Positions 63,201-64,000 of a stretch of DNA of 64,000 nt are shown here, piece after piece. Under the pieces are notes generated by a model. The model had not been told where the DNA came from, ran no database searches, and saw nothing but the letters and a program-made list of their open reading frames with translations. The position numbers were made by a program, and so were the translations under genes. Numbering within the stretch: the first letter of the stretch is position 1; each line of letters starts with the position of its first letter. The DNA is from Haplodiscus bocki (taxonomy: Eukaryota), in contig OZ296652.1 of assembly GCA_965655095.1 (NCBI GenBank), positions 107,136,001 through 107,200,000 on the forward strand, written 5' to 3'.

Positions 63201-64000
63201 GAACACCAATCAACTTAGGGCACCGCGTATGCGGACTACGGGGTTCCATATATGATCATTCAGCCTTTAAGCAGATGAATAACGAAGCACTATTTTTGGC
63301 TTACTTTCTCAGTTGAAAACTTCGGAAAACTCCAAAAAGTTTTTCGAGACGCTTCGCAGGAGTATATCCCACCGAATTGTGTAAATTCAATCTGAAGTAC
63401 CTAAGATACGGGGGTTAAAACGATCTTGAAATACGAGGTTAACTGAACGGGAAGCCAAATCAAGCGATTCAAAACAACGAAATTGCCTCCGAATTCCAAA
63501 AATCTGTACATTGTCGTCAAGTTTAGATATAAACCAATTTCACAAATTTTAAACAATTGAACCTTGAACAACAACCGTCTTCTAATCAACTGATTTCATT
63601 GTTGAAGAAAAATTAAATAAACAAGCAGTTTATAGAAAGAACTTTTGTAAATTTATCAGAACATGGCGAAATGTCTGATAAATTTCCGAGCAATTCGCAA
63701 CACTACGAATTCCGCCTATAAGTATGAATGTCGAAGAGTAGACATTAGGAGATCTACCACATGTATAGAGTAGTTTAGTCTTAACAGCGAAAATGAATCT
63801 CTCAGACATTACAGAAAGTTCAAATCTAGTAAGTGTTAAAGTTTCAGCAACAAAGTTCAGCTGTCGGTTGCGCAAGATTATTTTTCGTCTGTCATTTTAC
63901 TGAAATTTGGTACATAGGGTTATTGGGTCAATTTGAGAGACTGCAGTACATATGTAGCCAGCTAGCATCAACTTAGGGAATCTCAGGTTAACTTGATAAG

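Noticed and set aside
61560-64000. Host gene exons (e.g. ORFs 62329..62613, 62841..63023)
   Set aside because: No recognisable domain or consistent exon chain. RNA-seq would be needed.

Overview
AT-rich DNA that looks eukaryotic and has no intact long ORFs. It falls into three zones. (1) 1-~6.3 kb (perhaps to ~9.4 kb): a heavily decayed Polinton/Maverick (adintovirus-like) structural module on the minus strand. It holds an adenain-type cysteine protease pseudogene, three tandem minor-capsid (penton-like) pseudogenes, an amphipathic-helix gene, a two-hydrophobic-helix gene and an HTH-like gene, all broken by stops or frameshifts. (2) After a 200-N gap (9428-9627), a ~52 kb head-to-tail array of roughly 23-24 homologous ~2.3-2.45 kb units (9628-~61350). 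Units from different subfamilies are strongly diverged, yet each intact unit keeps a conserved palindromic signature (ATCCAA-acaagcacg-TTGGAT-gtca, 23 copies) and the same order of decayed minus-strand reading frames of unknown function. Superimposed on this are exact recent duplications (periods 2329, 2434, 2318, 2442 bp), a ~11.6 kb higher-order repeat, deletions and conversion-like tracts. (3) ~61.4-64 kb: unique sequence with no supportable genes. Protein assignments come from manual translation and remembered family motifs, not searches. Identity levels are by-eye estimates.
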